Below, in pieces: positions 27,258 through 41,117 of a DNA stretch of 64,000 nt. The notes under the pieces were generated by a model. That model did not search any database and was not told the origin of the DNA. It saw nothing but the letters and a program-made list of their open reading frames with translations. The DNA comes from Octopus vulgaris (lineage: Eukaryota): the NCBI GenBank assembly GCA_951406725.2, contig OX597818.1:131440001-131504000 (forward strand), given 5' to 3'. The translations under genes and the position numbers were made by a program. Numbering within the stretch: position 1 is the stretch's first letter; every line of letters begins with the position of its first letter.

Positions 27258-27715
27258 AAGGCAGGAAATATACAATGAAAGAGAGGGAGCAGGGAGATAT
27301 AGAATGAAAGAATAAGAGAGATATGCAGAGAGAAAGACAAGGAAGAAACAGGGAATGATAAAGGGAGCGAGAAACAATAATTTTTATATGCCATATACAT
27401 CAGGTGCTACTGGTCCCATAGATTATCAGCACTGGAAGTTTTCACGCTAACGTGGCTATCAAATGGTAATCCACTGAATAATATATGTACTTTCATTGGA
27501 ATCAATGTCAGAATGCAAGTATTCAGTCAGCTCGCAAAAATTATTCACGCTTGCTTGTTCAGCAGAATTTGGGACCTAGCTAAGGTTTATTGGCGAACAT
27601 TTTTGCTTTTTGTTCAGGGGTTTTGTTAAGGGTTGGGATTGTTTTGTTTTTTTTTCTTTATTCTGTTTTGGTTTCTGTTGTATTTTTTTTTCTATTTCTC
27701 ATATACATACATACA

Positions 27716-27770
<55 letters not shown>

Positions 27771-28408
27771 CTATGTACATACATATATATATACATGTAT
27801 AAATATTTATATATTTATGTGTATGTACATATACATTTATATACATATATATAGATATTTACACATACATAATTGCTTACATATAAGAATATACAAACAC
27901 ACAGGTACACATGTATGTATACATACACATGTATATATGTTCATATTTATAATATACATGACTATATATATACATATATATATGTAGAGTGTATATAAGT
28001 TTTTATATGTATGTATATATATATATATACACATAGACATATGTGTGTGTGAGTATATATACATACTTATTTCCACACACACACATATATATATATATAT
28101 ATACACATTCATATATATATATGCGTATATGTGTATCATCATCATCATCATCATCATATATATATATGTATATGTATTTCATATATAAACATACTTACAT
28201 ACACATGCAAACATTTATATATATAGCATATACGTCTCTCTCTCTCTCTCTCTCTCTATCTCTCCCTCTCTCTCTATATATATGTATATATATATATATA
28301 TATATTTCATTTTTGTGGATGTTTTATAATTTTCTTTGCATACATACCTACATATATATATGTGTGTGTGTGTATATATATATATTTATATATATATATA
28401 CATCATCG

Positions 28409-28453
<45 letters not shown>

Positions 28454-28815
28454 GAGAAAAAACATCAATAGTTATGAATGTCTCACTTTCTACGGTGCCT
28501 TCTATTTATGAAACCTCACATCCACTCCCTGTTGCTGCCTTTGCCTTTTCTGTTGATTGATAGGCTTGCTGCTGATGTTGCTGTTGTTGTTGCTAATATT
28601 GCTGGTGTCGGTGTTGGTGTTGTTGTTAATGTTGCTGTTGTTGTCATTGTTTCTGTTATTGGTATGTTTTCTAGCTTTGTTGTTATAATTCTTCAATTCC
28701 TTTCTTTTCAACACAAACCATTCACATACACACATGTGCAAGCATGCACGCACATATCCAGAAGCATAATATACATTTGGGTGAGGCATGTTTGTGTATG
28801 GCCATAGATACATAC

Positions 28816-28857
<42 letters not shown>

Positions 28858-28948
28858 TTATGTATATATATATGCAAATATACATATATATATATATATG
28901 TATATATATATGAAAATATATATATATATACGGAAATATATATATGGC

Positions 28949-29052
<104 letters not shown>

Positions 29053-29277
29053 CATATTTATGTATTTATATATGTATGAATGTATATACACACACAGAAA
29101 TGTACACAAGTACATATGAATATATAGTATATATATATATATAAACACAAATACAAGCACATGAACACATACACACACATATATATACATACATACATAC
29201 ATATATATTTCATTATGTATTTATATATTTATTTATGTCCTTCGGGAACTTTCAATAAATATACTGTTTGTTTACTA

Positions 29278-29441
29278 TCAGAGCCATTCATTTGCTAAGC
29301 CAACAGCTAATAGAGTGGATATCAGATGGAGAATACATCTTTGTGCAAATAGCCATGAAACGTATTGAATCATGCCGTAAATTATGGTATATTGATCAGA
29401 CATTGCAGCAGGTTGATAATATTGCTTGGTAAACAATACAG
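29278..29441 (-). other. Candidate terminal coding exon with hydrophobic C-terminus
   Basis: The frame is open across the whole repeat-free island (29278-29520). Acceptor catctatag gives xVLFTKQYYQPAAMSDQYTIIYGMIQYVSWLFAQRCILHLISTLLAVGLANEWL*. No homology recognised. Confidence 0.3.
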
Positions 29442-29844
29442 CTATAGATGTACTGGGTAGGTACTTAAATGACAAATATAACTTAGCCTCCCATATGCTA
29501 ATCTTTTGGCAGATTCTGTATGTATATGTGTATGTGTGCATATGCATGTTTGTATGTATGTAAGTATATTACGAGTTTATTATATGTACATGTATGTGTG
29601 CACGTGTTTATGAGTATGCAGTTCTGTGTCTGTGTGCATTGTGCACATGTATGCATTTATGTATATATTCATGTATATAAGCAAAATTTACAGTTATCAC
29701 TAACTTGCCAGTGTATTCCTCTCAAGTGAACAAGGCACGTATATGTATGGATGCAATGTGTGGGAGCATATATATATATATATATATATATAAAAGAAAT
29801 ATATATATATGCATATATATATATAAAGAAATATATATATAAAG

Positions 29845-29895
<51 letters not shown>

Positions 29896-29908
29896 TATAT
29901 ATATAAAG

Positions 29909-30005
<97 letters not shown>

Positions 30006-30526
30006 AAATATATACATACATATATATGTATATACAAATATGTAGGTGTATATGCTTGTATATGTGGGTGTATGTGTGTGTGTGTGTGTGTGTGTTAACA
30101 TCTATGTTCATATCAATACTTAACATATGTATTGTATATGAAAGTGTGTGGTTTGTGTAGGTGGCTTTGGGCACATGTAAACGTGTGTTCGTAAGCATGC
30201 GAGTAGGTCTGCACGGTGCCGTTGTGTTTGCGTCTACGTCCGTACACTAAAATGCATTAGGATAGATAAACTGAAGAACAACAGCAATGACGTTGAAAGC
30301 ATTGCATATATCTGAAACCAAACAAACCCACTATACAGCAAACTTTCACCGTACTCGCTGAAAACAAGACTAGATTGTGAAGGACATTTTGCAATATACC
30401 TGATAAATTTTAATTACTTTTTCTTCCAACATTCATACATTATACATCTGTTGGTGATGAGAATATCTGCAGGTGTCTGCTTCTCTTGCATTATGTAAAC
30501 ATACATAAGTGTATGCATATGTATGC

Positions 30527-30557
<31 letters not shown>

Positions 30558-30869
30558 TATATATATATATATATAAGGCAAAGATCATCTTGTTCCTTGT
30601 TTGTATTATGTACGTGCTGTGAAATCACATATGAATATATTTGTGTCTTTGTAAATTAATAAATATATAGCGACTTGTTAATAATGTATGTTTCAGTGTA
30701 TGTACTTGTAACTGCATGTGTGAAAATATATTCTAAAACATTATATATATATATATATAATATAATAAGAGTAAAATATTACATATATATATATATATAA
30801 ACACAAAAGAGAGTCTATGTAATCATATGATTATATGAACATCATACATACATATATATATTTATGTAT

Positions 30870-31295
30870 TTTCTTTTTTTTCTTTTTTTTCTTTTGTACT
30901 TGTTTCAGTCATTTGACTGCGGCCATGCTGGAGCACTGCCTTTAGTCGAGCAGATCGACCCCAGGACTTATTCTTTGTAAGCCCAGTACTTATTCTATTG
31001 GTCTCTTTTTGCCAAACCGCTAAGTAATGGGGACATAAACACACCAGCATCGGTTGTCAAGCAATGCTAGGAGGACAAACACAGACACACAAACATATAC
31101 ACACACATACATATATATATATACATATATACGACAGGCTTCTTTCAGTTTCCGTCTACCAAATCCACTCACAAGGCATTGGTCGGCCCGGGACTATAGC
31201 AGAAGACACTTTCCCAAGATGCCACGCAGTGGGACTGAACCCGGAACCATGTGGTTGGTTAGCAAGCTACTTACCACACAGCCACTCCTGCGCCT
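30870..31295 (-). mobile_element. SINE-A copy
   Basis: Colinear with other copies. Confidence 0.9.
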
Positions 31296-31544
31296 ATGTG
31301 TGTATATATTTATGTATGTATATATATATATATATATGTTAGGTAATGTTGTCAGTAAGACCCAAAGGTGTCAAGTAATGCTGAGTAAGTGCTTTGGACA
31401 GACCATAGTTAAGCTCCAGGTTTGGTGATTATGCGAATAAGACTCCAACGTAGGTCATATATCAGCGTGTGTATGTACAAAAAATTTTTTCAAAAGGAAA
31501 TAAAAAAACCAAGGCTGTGAAGGTTTTAGAACTTTTATGAATAG

Positions 31545-31592
31545 GTCTTACAGCTGTTTCCAAAATAATTATTATATCCCTTCATCGGAGAC
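31545..31592 (-). ncRNA. Minimal type I hammerhead motif (U4C-mutated core)
   Basis: GTCT-CCGATGA-AGGGATATAATAATTATTTTG-GAAA-CAGCTG-TA-AGAC; palindromic stem III ACAGCTGT. Confidence 0.7.
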
Positions 31593-31971
31593 GGTGTGAG
31601 AAAATGGTTAAGCAATAGTTAATTTAGATAGGATATGAAATAGAGAATGAAGTGGAGGAATGAAAATAGATGTGAGATATGTAGGGATATTGCATTTGTA
31701 GATCCATTATTTAGGCAGAATGGTATACATATAAGATTCCAATATCCTGTGAGCAAAATCCAGTAGTATCCAAAATTATCCAAAATTGGTCATTCAAAAT
31801 TGGATACTACTGGATTTTACTCATAAGGTATTGGAATCTTATATGTATACCATTCTGCGTAAATAATGGATTTACAAATGCAATAGCTCTGCATATCTCA
31901 CATCTATTTTCATTCCTCCACTCTATTCTCTATTTCGTATCTTATCTAAATTAACTATTGCTTAACCATTT

Positions 31972-32017
31972 TCTCTGATGAAGGGATATAATAAGTATCC
32001 TGGAAACAGTTGTAAGA
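31972..32017 (+). ncRNA. Minimal type I hammerhead motif (intact core, shortened stem I)
   Basis: TCT-CTGATGA-A-GGGATA-TAATAAG-TATCCT-G-GAAA-CAGTTG-TA-AGA. Confidence 0.75.
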
Positions 32018-32078
32018 CCTATTTATAAATGTTCTAAATCTTCACAGCCTTGGGTTTTTTAACCTCATTGTATATATA

Positions 32079-32489
32079 TACTCTTTTACTCTTTTACTCT
32101 TTTACTTGTTTCAGTCATTTGACTGCGACCATGCTGGAGCAGCGCCTTTAGTCGAGCAAATCGACCCCGGGACTTATTCTTTGTAAGCCCAGTACTTATT
32201 CTATCGGTCTTTTGCCGAACCGCTAAGTGACGGGGATGTAAACACACCAGCATCGGTTGTCAAGCAATGCTAGGGGGACAAACTTAAACACACAAACACA
32301 CACACACATACATATATATGTATATATATATATACGACAGGCTTCTTTCAGTTTCCATCCACCAAATCCACTCACAAGGCATTGGTTGGCCTGGAGCTAT
32401 AGCAGAAAACACTTGCCCAAGATGCCACGCAGTGAGACTGAACCCGGAACCATGTGGTTGGTTAGCAAGCTACTTACCACACAGCCACT
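32079..32489 (-). mobile_element. SINE-A copy
   Basis: Colinear with other copies. Confidence 0.9.
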
Positions 32490-33119
32490 TATATACATAT
32501 GTGTGTGTGAGTGTGTGTGTGTGTGTGTATGTGTGAGTGTGTATCGATAATACATATATATGTTTCTGGATTTCACCTGCATTGACACTCTACATTACAC
32601 TTCTCTGTATTGGATCACTTTGTGGACTGTTAGCCAAGTCTGCGAAACTTTAAACAGTATCAAATTGTTGGGCCCAGGTTTGGAAGTTTCAGGATTTTGA
32701 GGAATGTAGGGCTACCTCTTAAACACTATTGTTCCCAGGTCTGCTCTGACCCAGAATAGTAGCACCTCACAGGAACCCAGCTATGGGTTAATTAGTATGT
32801 TATAGAAGAAACTCCAAGCACAAATCTTCAATGTTTTGTGAAGTACCTTGGGAAAGGAAAAAAGGCTAAAGAAGTCAATCATGGCAGCAAATTATGGAGG
32901 GAAATCTCTTAGGTGATTCAGTACCATCTTTGACACTCTTCCAACAACTCCAGGGTTATTTACCTAGAAGAAGGAAACTCCAATGTAAAAACTCACAGCT
33001 TGCTGGTCACCACAGCTGTCTTAGCCCAATGAAACACTGTGGTCAGTCCTCCAAGTCTAAAGAGTGGAAGTAGAACAACTGAAAATCCATTAGTGTCTAA
33101 TGGTCAATAGACTGAGCAT

Positions 33120-33865
33120 AAATGGAGAGCTTCAGAGTTACTGTACAGGAGCAGAATTTTGCATCCAGATTTTATCACCAACAAGAGCACAGATGCACAA
33201 TACAGGATCTATGGAAAGTACAAGAAAGCTATCAACCATATTGGTTGTGAATACCTAGAACTGGCAAAGACTACGTATATATACAGGTACAACAAGGCAC
33301 CAGTGCACCAGAAATGTAAAATATGCAAGTGTTACAAGTCCAAAACAACTGAGAAGTGGTATGGTAATCAGTCAAGCATAGTCATTAACAATAATGATGT
33401 CATAATGCTCTTGTACTTGCTCATCCAAACTAATCAAGTTATCAATACTAAAACGCCTGACATCATTATCTAAGATTAAAAGGAACTAGATGTGTATAAG
33501 TAGTGATACCAACTGAAAGAAACACCTTTGTGAAAGCGAAAGTGAAAGCTAGGCTGACAATTAGATATCTGGAGACTGAAATTAATGAAATGTGAAGTAG
33601 GAAGTTTGAAAATAAAATCAGAGCTTATCAGAACTCAAGGAGACATGAAGAAGAAACAGTAAAGTTCACCAATTCTATCCCAGGCAGCATCAGCATTTCT
33701 ACATTCAAGGAGGATAGCTTTACGAAAACAGCCTGCATACTCTGGGGAGTGACATCAATCAAAGTGAGACTTTCCTTAAAGTTCCTCAGATCCCATAATT
33801 CGTGCTTGGGTCTACACGACATAAAACAGGGAGATCAACACAAACAACAACAACAGCAGCAGCAA
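33120..33865 (+). mobile_element. Decayed R4/Dong-clade LINE 3' part (zinc knuckle plus RLE)
   Basis: ORF 33159-33473 YRIYGKYKKAINHIGCEYLELAKTTYIYRYN...KWY...IQTNQVINTKTPDIII, then TACILWGVTSIK and an (AAC)n tail. Confidence 0.75.
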
Positions 33866-33978
33866 TAAATATTAAAAGAAGAGCTGGAAGTAAAGTAGCA
33901 AACGTGAATGAATGGTCAGACTATGATAATAATAATGTAAAGAATAAATATAGGTATGCACACACTCATATATTTTAC

Positions 33979-34013
<35 letters not shown>

Positions 34014-34072
34014 TAGACACACACACATATATATACACACACACATATATATACACACACACATATATATGT

Positions 34073-34108
<36 letters not shown>

Positions 34109-34268
34109 ACATATATATGTGTGTGTGTATATATATATATACATACATACATATATATATACATATATATATACATACATATATACATATACATATATAC
34201 ATATATACATACATATATATATATATACATATATACATATATATATTTATATATATACATATATATAT

Positions 34269-34321
<53 letters not shown>

Positions 34322-36109
34322 TATATACATATATATATATACATATATATATACATATATATATACATATATACATATATATACATATATATATATATAC
34401 ATATATATACATATTTATATACATATATACATATATATACATATATACATATATATACACATATATATATATATATATATATATATGAATATGTATATAT
34501 ACACACATATACAGCCTTGTATATTATGCAATAACAACAAAATTTAGTACAATATGAAACAACAAAATAGCTAGGAGAATGTGAGATGGTTGGAGTGATA
34601 AACCTAATTATCTTATTCCTTAATGGGCATCTAGAAATATGTTCTACAGACTGATAAACTTGCAAACACAGCAAAATCAATGGGTTGGGGGAAGTTAGTA
34701 ACCGCCAAAAACATAAGGAAAACAAACGCACAAAAAAATAAGGCCCAAAAAATATTTGCAAAAAAAAAAAAAAGAAAGAAAAAAAATGGGGAAAGAGGAA
34801 TCCAGCAGCAACAAATAGAGTTCAGTTGGGAAATATAAAAATATTTTTGTGTATTTTTGTATATATTTAAAAAAAATTTTTTCTGTTTTGTTGTTTTCCC
34901 CCCACCCCCGTCACCCACACCTTGATATATTAAAAAAAAATTGGGTATAAAAAATAACACGGAATGTCTATTTTTAACATGCCTTCACTATTTCTTTTAC
35001 TGTTTTTATATTGTTTAGTTTTTTTCTTCTTCTTGATGATGATGATAATGATGATGTTGATGATGATGGTGATCATCATCATTGCCACCACCACTGCCAT
35101 CATCATCATCATCATCATCATCACTGTTGTTATCAGGATAATTTTGAAATAAATAGGAACCGTAAGACATATTTCCTACTTCACACTCATGCACAGTATT
35201 TATCTCTAATCAAATAATCTACTTTATTGAAAGAGCATACATATATACATACATGCATACACACACCTATATGCACACTCACAAGCATATATATATATAT
35301 ACACACGCACACATTTTTGTGTACATGACTGTGTCTGTGCACGTGTGTAATATATGAACAACAGTTATGATATTTATGCATAAACATTCCTACTCACCTT
35401 CACACACATACATATATCAACACACATGTATTTATAACTGTATATTTAAGTGTTTTTGTGAGGATGCCTAGTTGTGTATGTTCATATTGTTGTATGTACA
35501 TCAAAGGTTAACTGAGTTAGAGGTTAAAATAACCAACTAAGGGATAGAAGTATCCTATACTACCGGTATATTACTTATGTTTAACCATGGGCATACAAAT
35601 GCAAGCATATTATGCTCATAAATTATAGGTAAAGACAAGGATAAACATGGGTTTATCAAGAATCAAAATTTAAAGAAAGCACAAAATAAAAAAATACCGA
35701 TGAAAAATAATTGACTTGTAAGTCAATTGTTGTTCATTGATATTTCTCTATTTTCTGCTTTCTTCATATTTGTATGTATTTATGTATGCGTAAGTATGCA
35801 TATTTAGATAAGTTAATATCTATTCCCAAAGAAAAAATTCAGAAGTAGTTTTCAAAGAGCACTTCTGTAAAAGCCATACTCTCTCTCCCATTTTTCTACG
35901 CCAATTCACAAACTTCCAGCAATCATCCTCTTGTCATCATCACCTTTGCTGTTCTTCTACAGACAATGAGAGAAATAATAACTGAGGTGGTAGATGCAAC
36001 ATTTCTAGTGGATAACTTCTGAATGATAAACCAACATTGAATTACCCTTTTTACTACACTAAACACCCATACATATATATATGCATGCATGCACACACAC
36101 ACAATTACA

Positions 36110-36521
36110 TACTTACTCTCTTTTACTTGTTTCAGTCATTTGACTGCAGCCATGCTGGAGCACCGCCTTTAATCGAGCAACTCGACCCCGGGACTTATTC
36201 TTTTGTAAGCCCAGTACTTATTCTATCAGTCTCTTTTGCTGAACCGCTAAGTGACGGGGACATAAACACACCAGCATTGATTGTCAAGCAATGCTAGGGG
36301 ACAAACACAGACACACAAACACACACACGCATATATATATATATATATACATATATACGACGGGCTTCTTTCAGTTTCCGTCTACCAAATCCACTCACAA
36401 GGCTTTGGTCGACCCGAGGCTATAGTAGAAGACTCTTACCCAAGGTGCCATGCAGTGGGACTGAACCCGGAACCATGTGGTTGGTAGACAAGCTACTTAC
36501 CACACAGCCACTCCTGCGCCT
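36110..36521 (-). mobile_element. SINE-A copy
   Basis: Colinear with other copies. Confidence 0.9.
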
Positions 36522-37321
36522 ATATATATATTTATACATACAAATATGTAGACATGGTGTCCTCTCAGATACGAAATGTTGTCACACACATACGTGTGTG
36601 TGTGTGTGTGTGTATGTGTGTTTGTATACATAAAATACACAGATACGTATACATATTTTACTGTTTGTCAAGTTACTTACAAAATATATTTTAACATTAA
36701 ATTGAGGGATCACTTTATACTGTTTAGTAGAATACCTATTTATTAAAATTTATAAAAATTTTCAAAAGAAAAGGTTGGTAGTGACTCCAATGGTATTGCT
36801 TCCTCACCTGGATTAAACTCATTTTCTTAATTTTTTTTTTGACTTTATGTAATCTTTAGCAATTTGTCGGGTGGGTGATTGGGTGAAACTACGTGAATAA
36901 TCATTAGGTATTGTGTAGGTAGACTTGGGAAGTAATCATATATGAAGGGAGACAGTTGAGGCTGGAGGTGTCTGTTGATTCTACTTTGATAGAAATTTAT
37001 GTTAAAGAGATTTATTTTGGTTTGATATAGGAATTTTGTTTTGTAATACCTAGAAATAATGGTGTTGAAAAACGTGTGAAATTCAGGTCACAGCATTCTT
37101 TGTGTACAATGATGGTTTTTGTTGGATTCCAGGGTTCATAAAAGATTAATCAGTTGGTTAGACAGCATTGGCCGAATTGGTGTTGATCTAATTACATTTC
37201 TGTTAAACCAATTTAAAATGGGTTCTTTGAGAAGGTTAGGATTAAAGACTCAACAGTATTATAGATATCTATTAGAGTTTTCTAATCTGCTTTTTTCTTG
37301 GTCATTTGCATTTATATTATA

Positions 37322-37786
37322 CTAGCAGCATAGCCCGGCGTTGCCCAGGTATGTAAGAGCCCCTAGTAGACAACGACTAATCCCAATCTAGTCCTTTCCC
37401 TCTAGGGAACGAAGGCGCATGTGTAGATTGCAATGTCTTCTCTTCCCTCGAATACTTCTGTGTATACAATGTTCCTAGCTGTCCCTTTGGGCGAAAACAT
37501 GAAAACATCATTGCACCTCCCAACGTGTGAACAGCCCACGTACAGCCCAGAAAATGTGTTGCATATAAAAAGCTTAGATTCTCGACCCCATGTCGAATTT
37601 ATCGATTTTTTCAGAACTGGGGGAACTTTTCAAAATTTTCGCTGCGTTAGTTTTGAATTGTGACATTGGGCTATGTTTGTGTCAAGTTTCATCAGAATCA
37701 GTTGAAAGCCGTGGTCAGGGTGAGGATACAACCTGACAGACACACAGACACACAGACAGACAAACTGCTGTTTATATAGAGAGAGA
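37322..37786 (-). mobile_element. Non-autonomous Helitron
   Basis: Minus strand reads A|TC...CTAG|T with a GC-rich subterminal hairpin (plus strand GCCCGGCGTTGCCCAGGT, 37333-37350) and an internal (CAGA)n tract; no TSD. Confidence 0.8.
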
Positions 37787-38017
37787 TTATTGTATTGAGA
37801 TGCATACATGTCACTGTATGACATTAATTAAACATCCAGGTGAATGCAGAGTCACATGGTTTAATACCAGCACAAGACATTTTGATGTTTTTTGTACAAA
37901 TTCGGCGGTTGAGGTTATGGTGATTCTTTTTTCTTTTTTAACATTTGGGGAAAAAATCACATATACATATTATGTATTGATATATCAGAGCAATAATTGT
38001 TGAAATTCTATACATTA

Positions 38018-38068
38018 GCGGTGCCCCAGCATGGCTGCGGCCTTCCGGCTAAAACATTTTTAAGGATT
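38018..38068 (+). mobile_element. Isolated CR1-like 3' terminus
   Basis: GCGGTGCCCCAGCATGGCTGC-GGCC-TTCC-GGCT-AAAAC, homologous to 1621-1663. Confidence 0.6.
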
Positions 38069-38279
38069 ATTATTTTGGATATTAAAACAGAATATGATTC
38101 TGCTGACTATTTGTGTATAAAGAAAATGAGAAATATGAAAATTAATCTTTGGACATTAAAAATATTCTCTCTCTCTCTTTTTCTTTCTTTCTATATACAT
38201 ACATGTATGCATGTATAAACTATTTGAAGTGGTATACAGCTTTTATATATTAAGAAAAAGGAGGTAGTCAGAATTTTGA

Positions 38280-39254
38280 ATAATTATTTATTTAACTCAT
38301 TTGTCTCATTTCAAAGCTTCATCAGGAGTAATATTTTTGCAGCAAAGTTTTGCCTTTTGTATATATGCATATTAGTTGAAAAAATCTGGAGTTGAATTGG
38401 GAAGAGAATGTTCTATGTTATGTGGAATCTGTGTGTATGATGAATTTTTGGAGACTTGGCTAAAGAGACAAAGAAGCAAAAATGTAAAAAAGAAAAAGAA
38501 AGAAAATACAAAGAAAGGGAGAAAGGAGTTTTTCTCTGGGCTGGTTGAAATTGCATTGTGTACTATGGTCAGTTGACATCAACTTGAAATTGATGACAAT
38601 TCAAGATGTCAATTTTCTTTTGGTCATTTTTTTTTGTTGTTTTTTGTTGTCAGAAGTCATGTTATCCAGCTGTAGAAAATAGACTCAAAATTGTTTTGGA
38701 AGGTTATTAAATGTGTTTGTGTTGTGTGTTGGTTGTTTCAGTGAATTTCAGTGATGAGAACATTTTAATCAGGATTTATCAGGTGTGCATAAATATATAT
38801 TTTTTTCTTTTTTATGCATTTATTGTTTTGAACGTTTTGATAAAATATTGTCCATTCCCTTCCAGTACTTTTGGTCATCTTTTGTGTATTTGTAGAAAGG
38901 AAAGATCTTGAACCTGATCTTTTCAAATTTTTCCAGATGCTTACTCAGTGGAATCTTGTGTAATTCATTCTGTGTGATGTTCTGTCTATGAATTCTTGCA
39001 TGTTAGCAAAGCGAATAGCTGGTTTCACCAATATAATTTTCCTTGCAACTGAGACAGGTTATACAGTATATGACAATCTGTGTCTTGCAGTTCATAGCTG
39101 CATTTACTTAGAAGGAGAAGCCACTTTTAAATTCTAGATAGGAACCAGTGACCAAATATTTGAAGCTATTGTTGCATGTTCCACATCTATTACCTCCACA
39201 GTCCTTCATAAAGAATTCTGAATTACCCTCTGAAGTGAATGCTGCCCTGGAGAG
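38280..39254 (-). mobile_element. Penelope-like element remnant: GIY-YIG endonuclease plus downstream region
   Basis: 39254 to 38812 translates LSRAAF...KDCGGNRCGTC...F*VNAAMNCKTQIVIYCITCLSCKENYIGETSYSLC*HARIHRQNI...SKHL...FKIFPFYK. A hammerhead-like remnant ACTC-CTGATGA...GAGT lies at 38295-38329. Confidence 0.85.
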
Positions 39255-39297
39255 ATTTTAGTGAGGCAAAAGCACCTACACGCACACATACACACAC

Positions 39298-39453
39298 GGC
39301 AGTAACTTCCGCCTGCCGAATTCAATCACAAAGCTTCGGTCAGCTCAGGGCTATAGCAGAAGACACCTACCCAAAGCGCCACGCAGTGGGACTGAACCCA
39401 AAACCATATGGCTAGGAAGCAAGCTCCCTAACCACACAACCATGCCCGTGCCT
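39298..39453 (-). mobile_element. Diverged SINE-A 5' half
   Basis: GCAGTGGGACTGAACCC...ACCACACAACCATGCC; another fragment at 40553-40667. Confidence 0.75.
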
Positions 39454-39666
39454 ACAGCCATGCCTATATATATATATATATATATGCATAAACACACAAT
39501 TAGACTAGAATACTTATGTATATATCATTTATAATGTATATACAGGTATAGTTTGGTGTTAGCTGTAATATTTTGTAATATTTCTGAAACAAAATGTTAC
39601 AGTTAGCACTGTTCTCTCTTTGTATATACATTATAAATTATACACCCCCCACCCCCCACACACATG

Positions 39667-39714
<48 letters not shown>

Positions 39715-40136
39715 GAGAGAGAGTGGACACATACTGAAATGGCATAAATACATATATGAAATAAACATCAACTGAGATAGAACAATGGCAACAGGCCAAT
39801 AACATCACTTACAAGTGACCTAGAAATTAAAAGACCCTTGATATAATCAGGTCGTTGCCTACATATTGTTTCTATGTATTATTTATCTTTTCAATTCTCA
39901 TGGGTGTTTAAAGCTAATTCGGCCATGGAAGGATTTGAACCCAAGGCAGTAAACTAGGGAAAGTTTTGTCAATTATCCAATTTATTTAACATTTGTCTCA
40001 CATTAAAATATATAGATTAGTCTTGTTTGTGGCTATAAATCTCAATGAATTCAGATAATCAGAATTTGTTTCCTTTGGAGAATTTATCATGAATAGCGTT
40101 TTATTTATTACTTATTTCTTAACATCACTGTTTTGT

Positions 40137-40367
40137 CATCATCATCAGCAGCAGCAACATCGTTATTCTGTGACTGTTTATCTATACTTGCTTGAGTTGG
40201 ATGTGCTTTCCCTCAGTACAGCATCTCACCTCGTGTTGCAGTCTTTTGTCATCTCTTTGCGACCTCATGATTCTTGCTTTCGTTTTCTCATTTGGAATTT
40301 CTTTTCTGACTCTTTGACAGATTCATCTAATGAGAACGAGGTCATCGACATACAGGAATTTCCATAG
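40137..40367 (-). mobile_element. RTE RT fragment (YxDD region) joined to a C-terminal/3' piece
   Basis: WKFLYVDDLVLI / ESVKESEKKFQM, then KEMTKD and a (GAT)n-like tail. Confidence 0.7.
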
Positions 40368-40520
40368 AAACACACACACATGTATGTATATATTTGCACC
40401 CTCTCTATTTTAGTCATCACCAACTCTACATCCACTTACTATGTCATATTGCATTCTCAAGTCCACCCCCTCTTAACAGCTCCAATCCATCCTACCACAC
40501 CTCTTCAGGGATCTTCCTAA

Positions 40521-40553
<33 letters not shown>

Positions 40554-40673
40554 CGGTGGGCTTCTTTCCATTTCCATCAACTATTTTGACTCACAAGGCT
40601 TTGGTTAGCCCAGAGCTAGAAGACAATAGCCTAAGGTTCCATGCAATGAGACTGAACTCAGAACCATATATAT

Positions 40674-40712
<39 letters not shown>

Positions 40713-40736
40713 TGGATGCTTAATAATTAGGGTTCA

Positions 40737-40990
40737 TGGGTTTTTATGTGCCACCGACAGGTGCCAGACGAGGCTGGCAACGGCCACGCTCGGATGGTGT
40801 TTTTTAGTGCCACCGACAGGTGCGACGGGCAGCCAAGATTTCGGATGGTGTTTGTTACGTGCCTCAGCGGAGGCATTTGCGTACTGGCTACGGTCACGTC
40901 GGATGGTTTCTTGCCAGCTACAAATTCCATTGATGTTCATCTATTTTGATTTGCGATTGATTTGATACGATTCCACTTGCTCAACAGGTC
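40737..40990 (-). mobile_element. RTE 3' UTR minisatellite fragment
   Basis: Three TGCCACCGACAGGTGC...CGGATGGT units. Confidence 0.7.
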
Positions 40991-41084
40991 AACCAGGTAG
41001 GGCACGATGCCTTTAGAAATAGCAGCCAAAAAGGTTTTCTGGTCACCTTAGCTATTTCTTCTACTTTCTCTTCGTCTGGTGGCA

Positions 41085-41117
<33 letters not shown>

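Larger units (their letters stand above)
31502..32060. mobile_element. Long fold-back Penelope-type pseudo-LTR pair (hammerhead family 2)
   Basis: Inverted arms 31502-31773 and 31800-32060 with a 26-nt spacer; each arm carries a hammerhead motif. Confidence 0.8.

Noticed and set aside
31054-31428. Recurrent peptide ...RRHLPKMPRSGTEPGTMWLVSKLLTTQPLL, suggesting a gene family
   Set aside because: It is the antisense reading of the SINE-A tRNA head, present in every copy.
36760-37320. Possible further Penelope/LINE coding remnant (similarly 19300-19960 and 32590-33100)
   Set aside because: No diagnostic motif recovered by manual translation; left unclassified.
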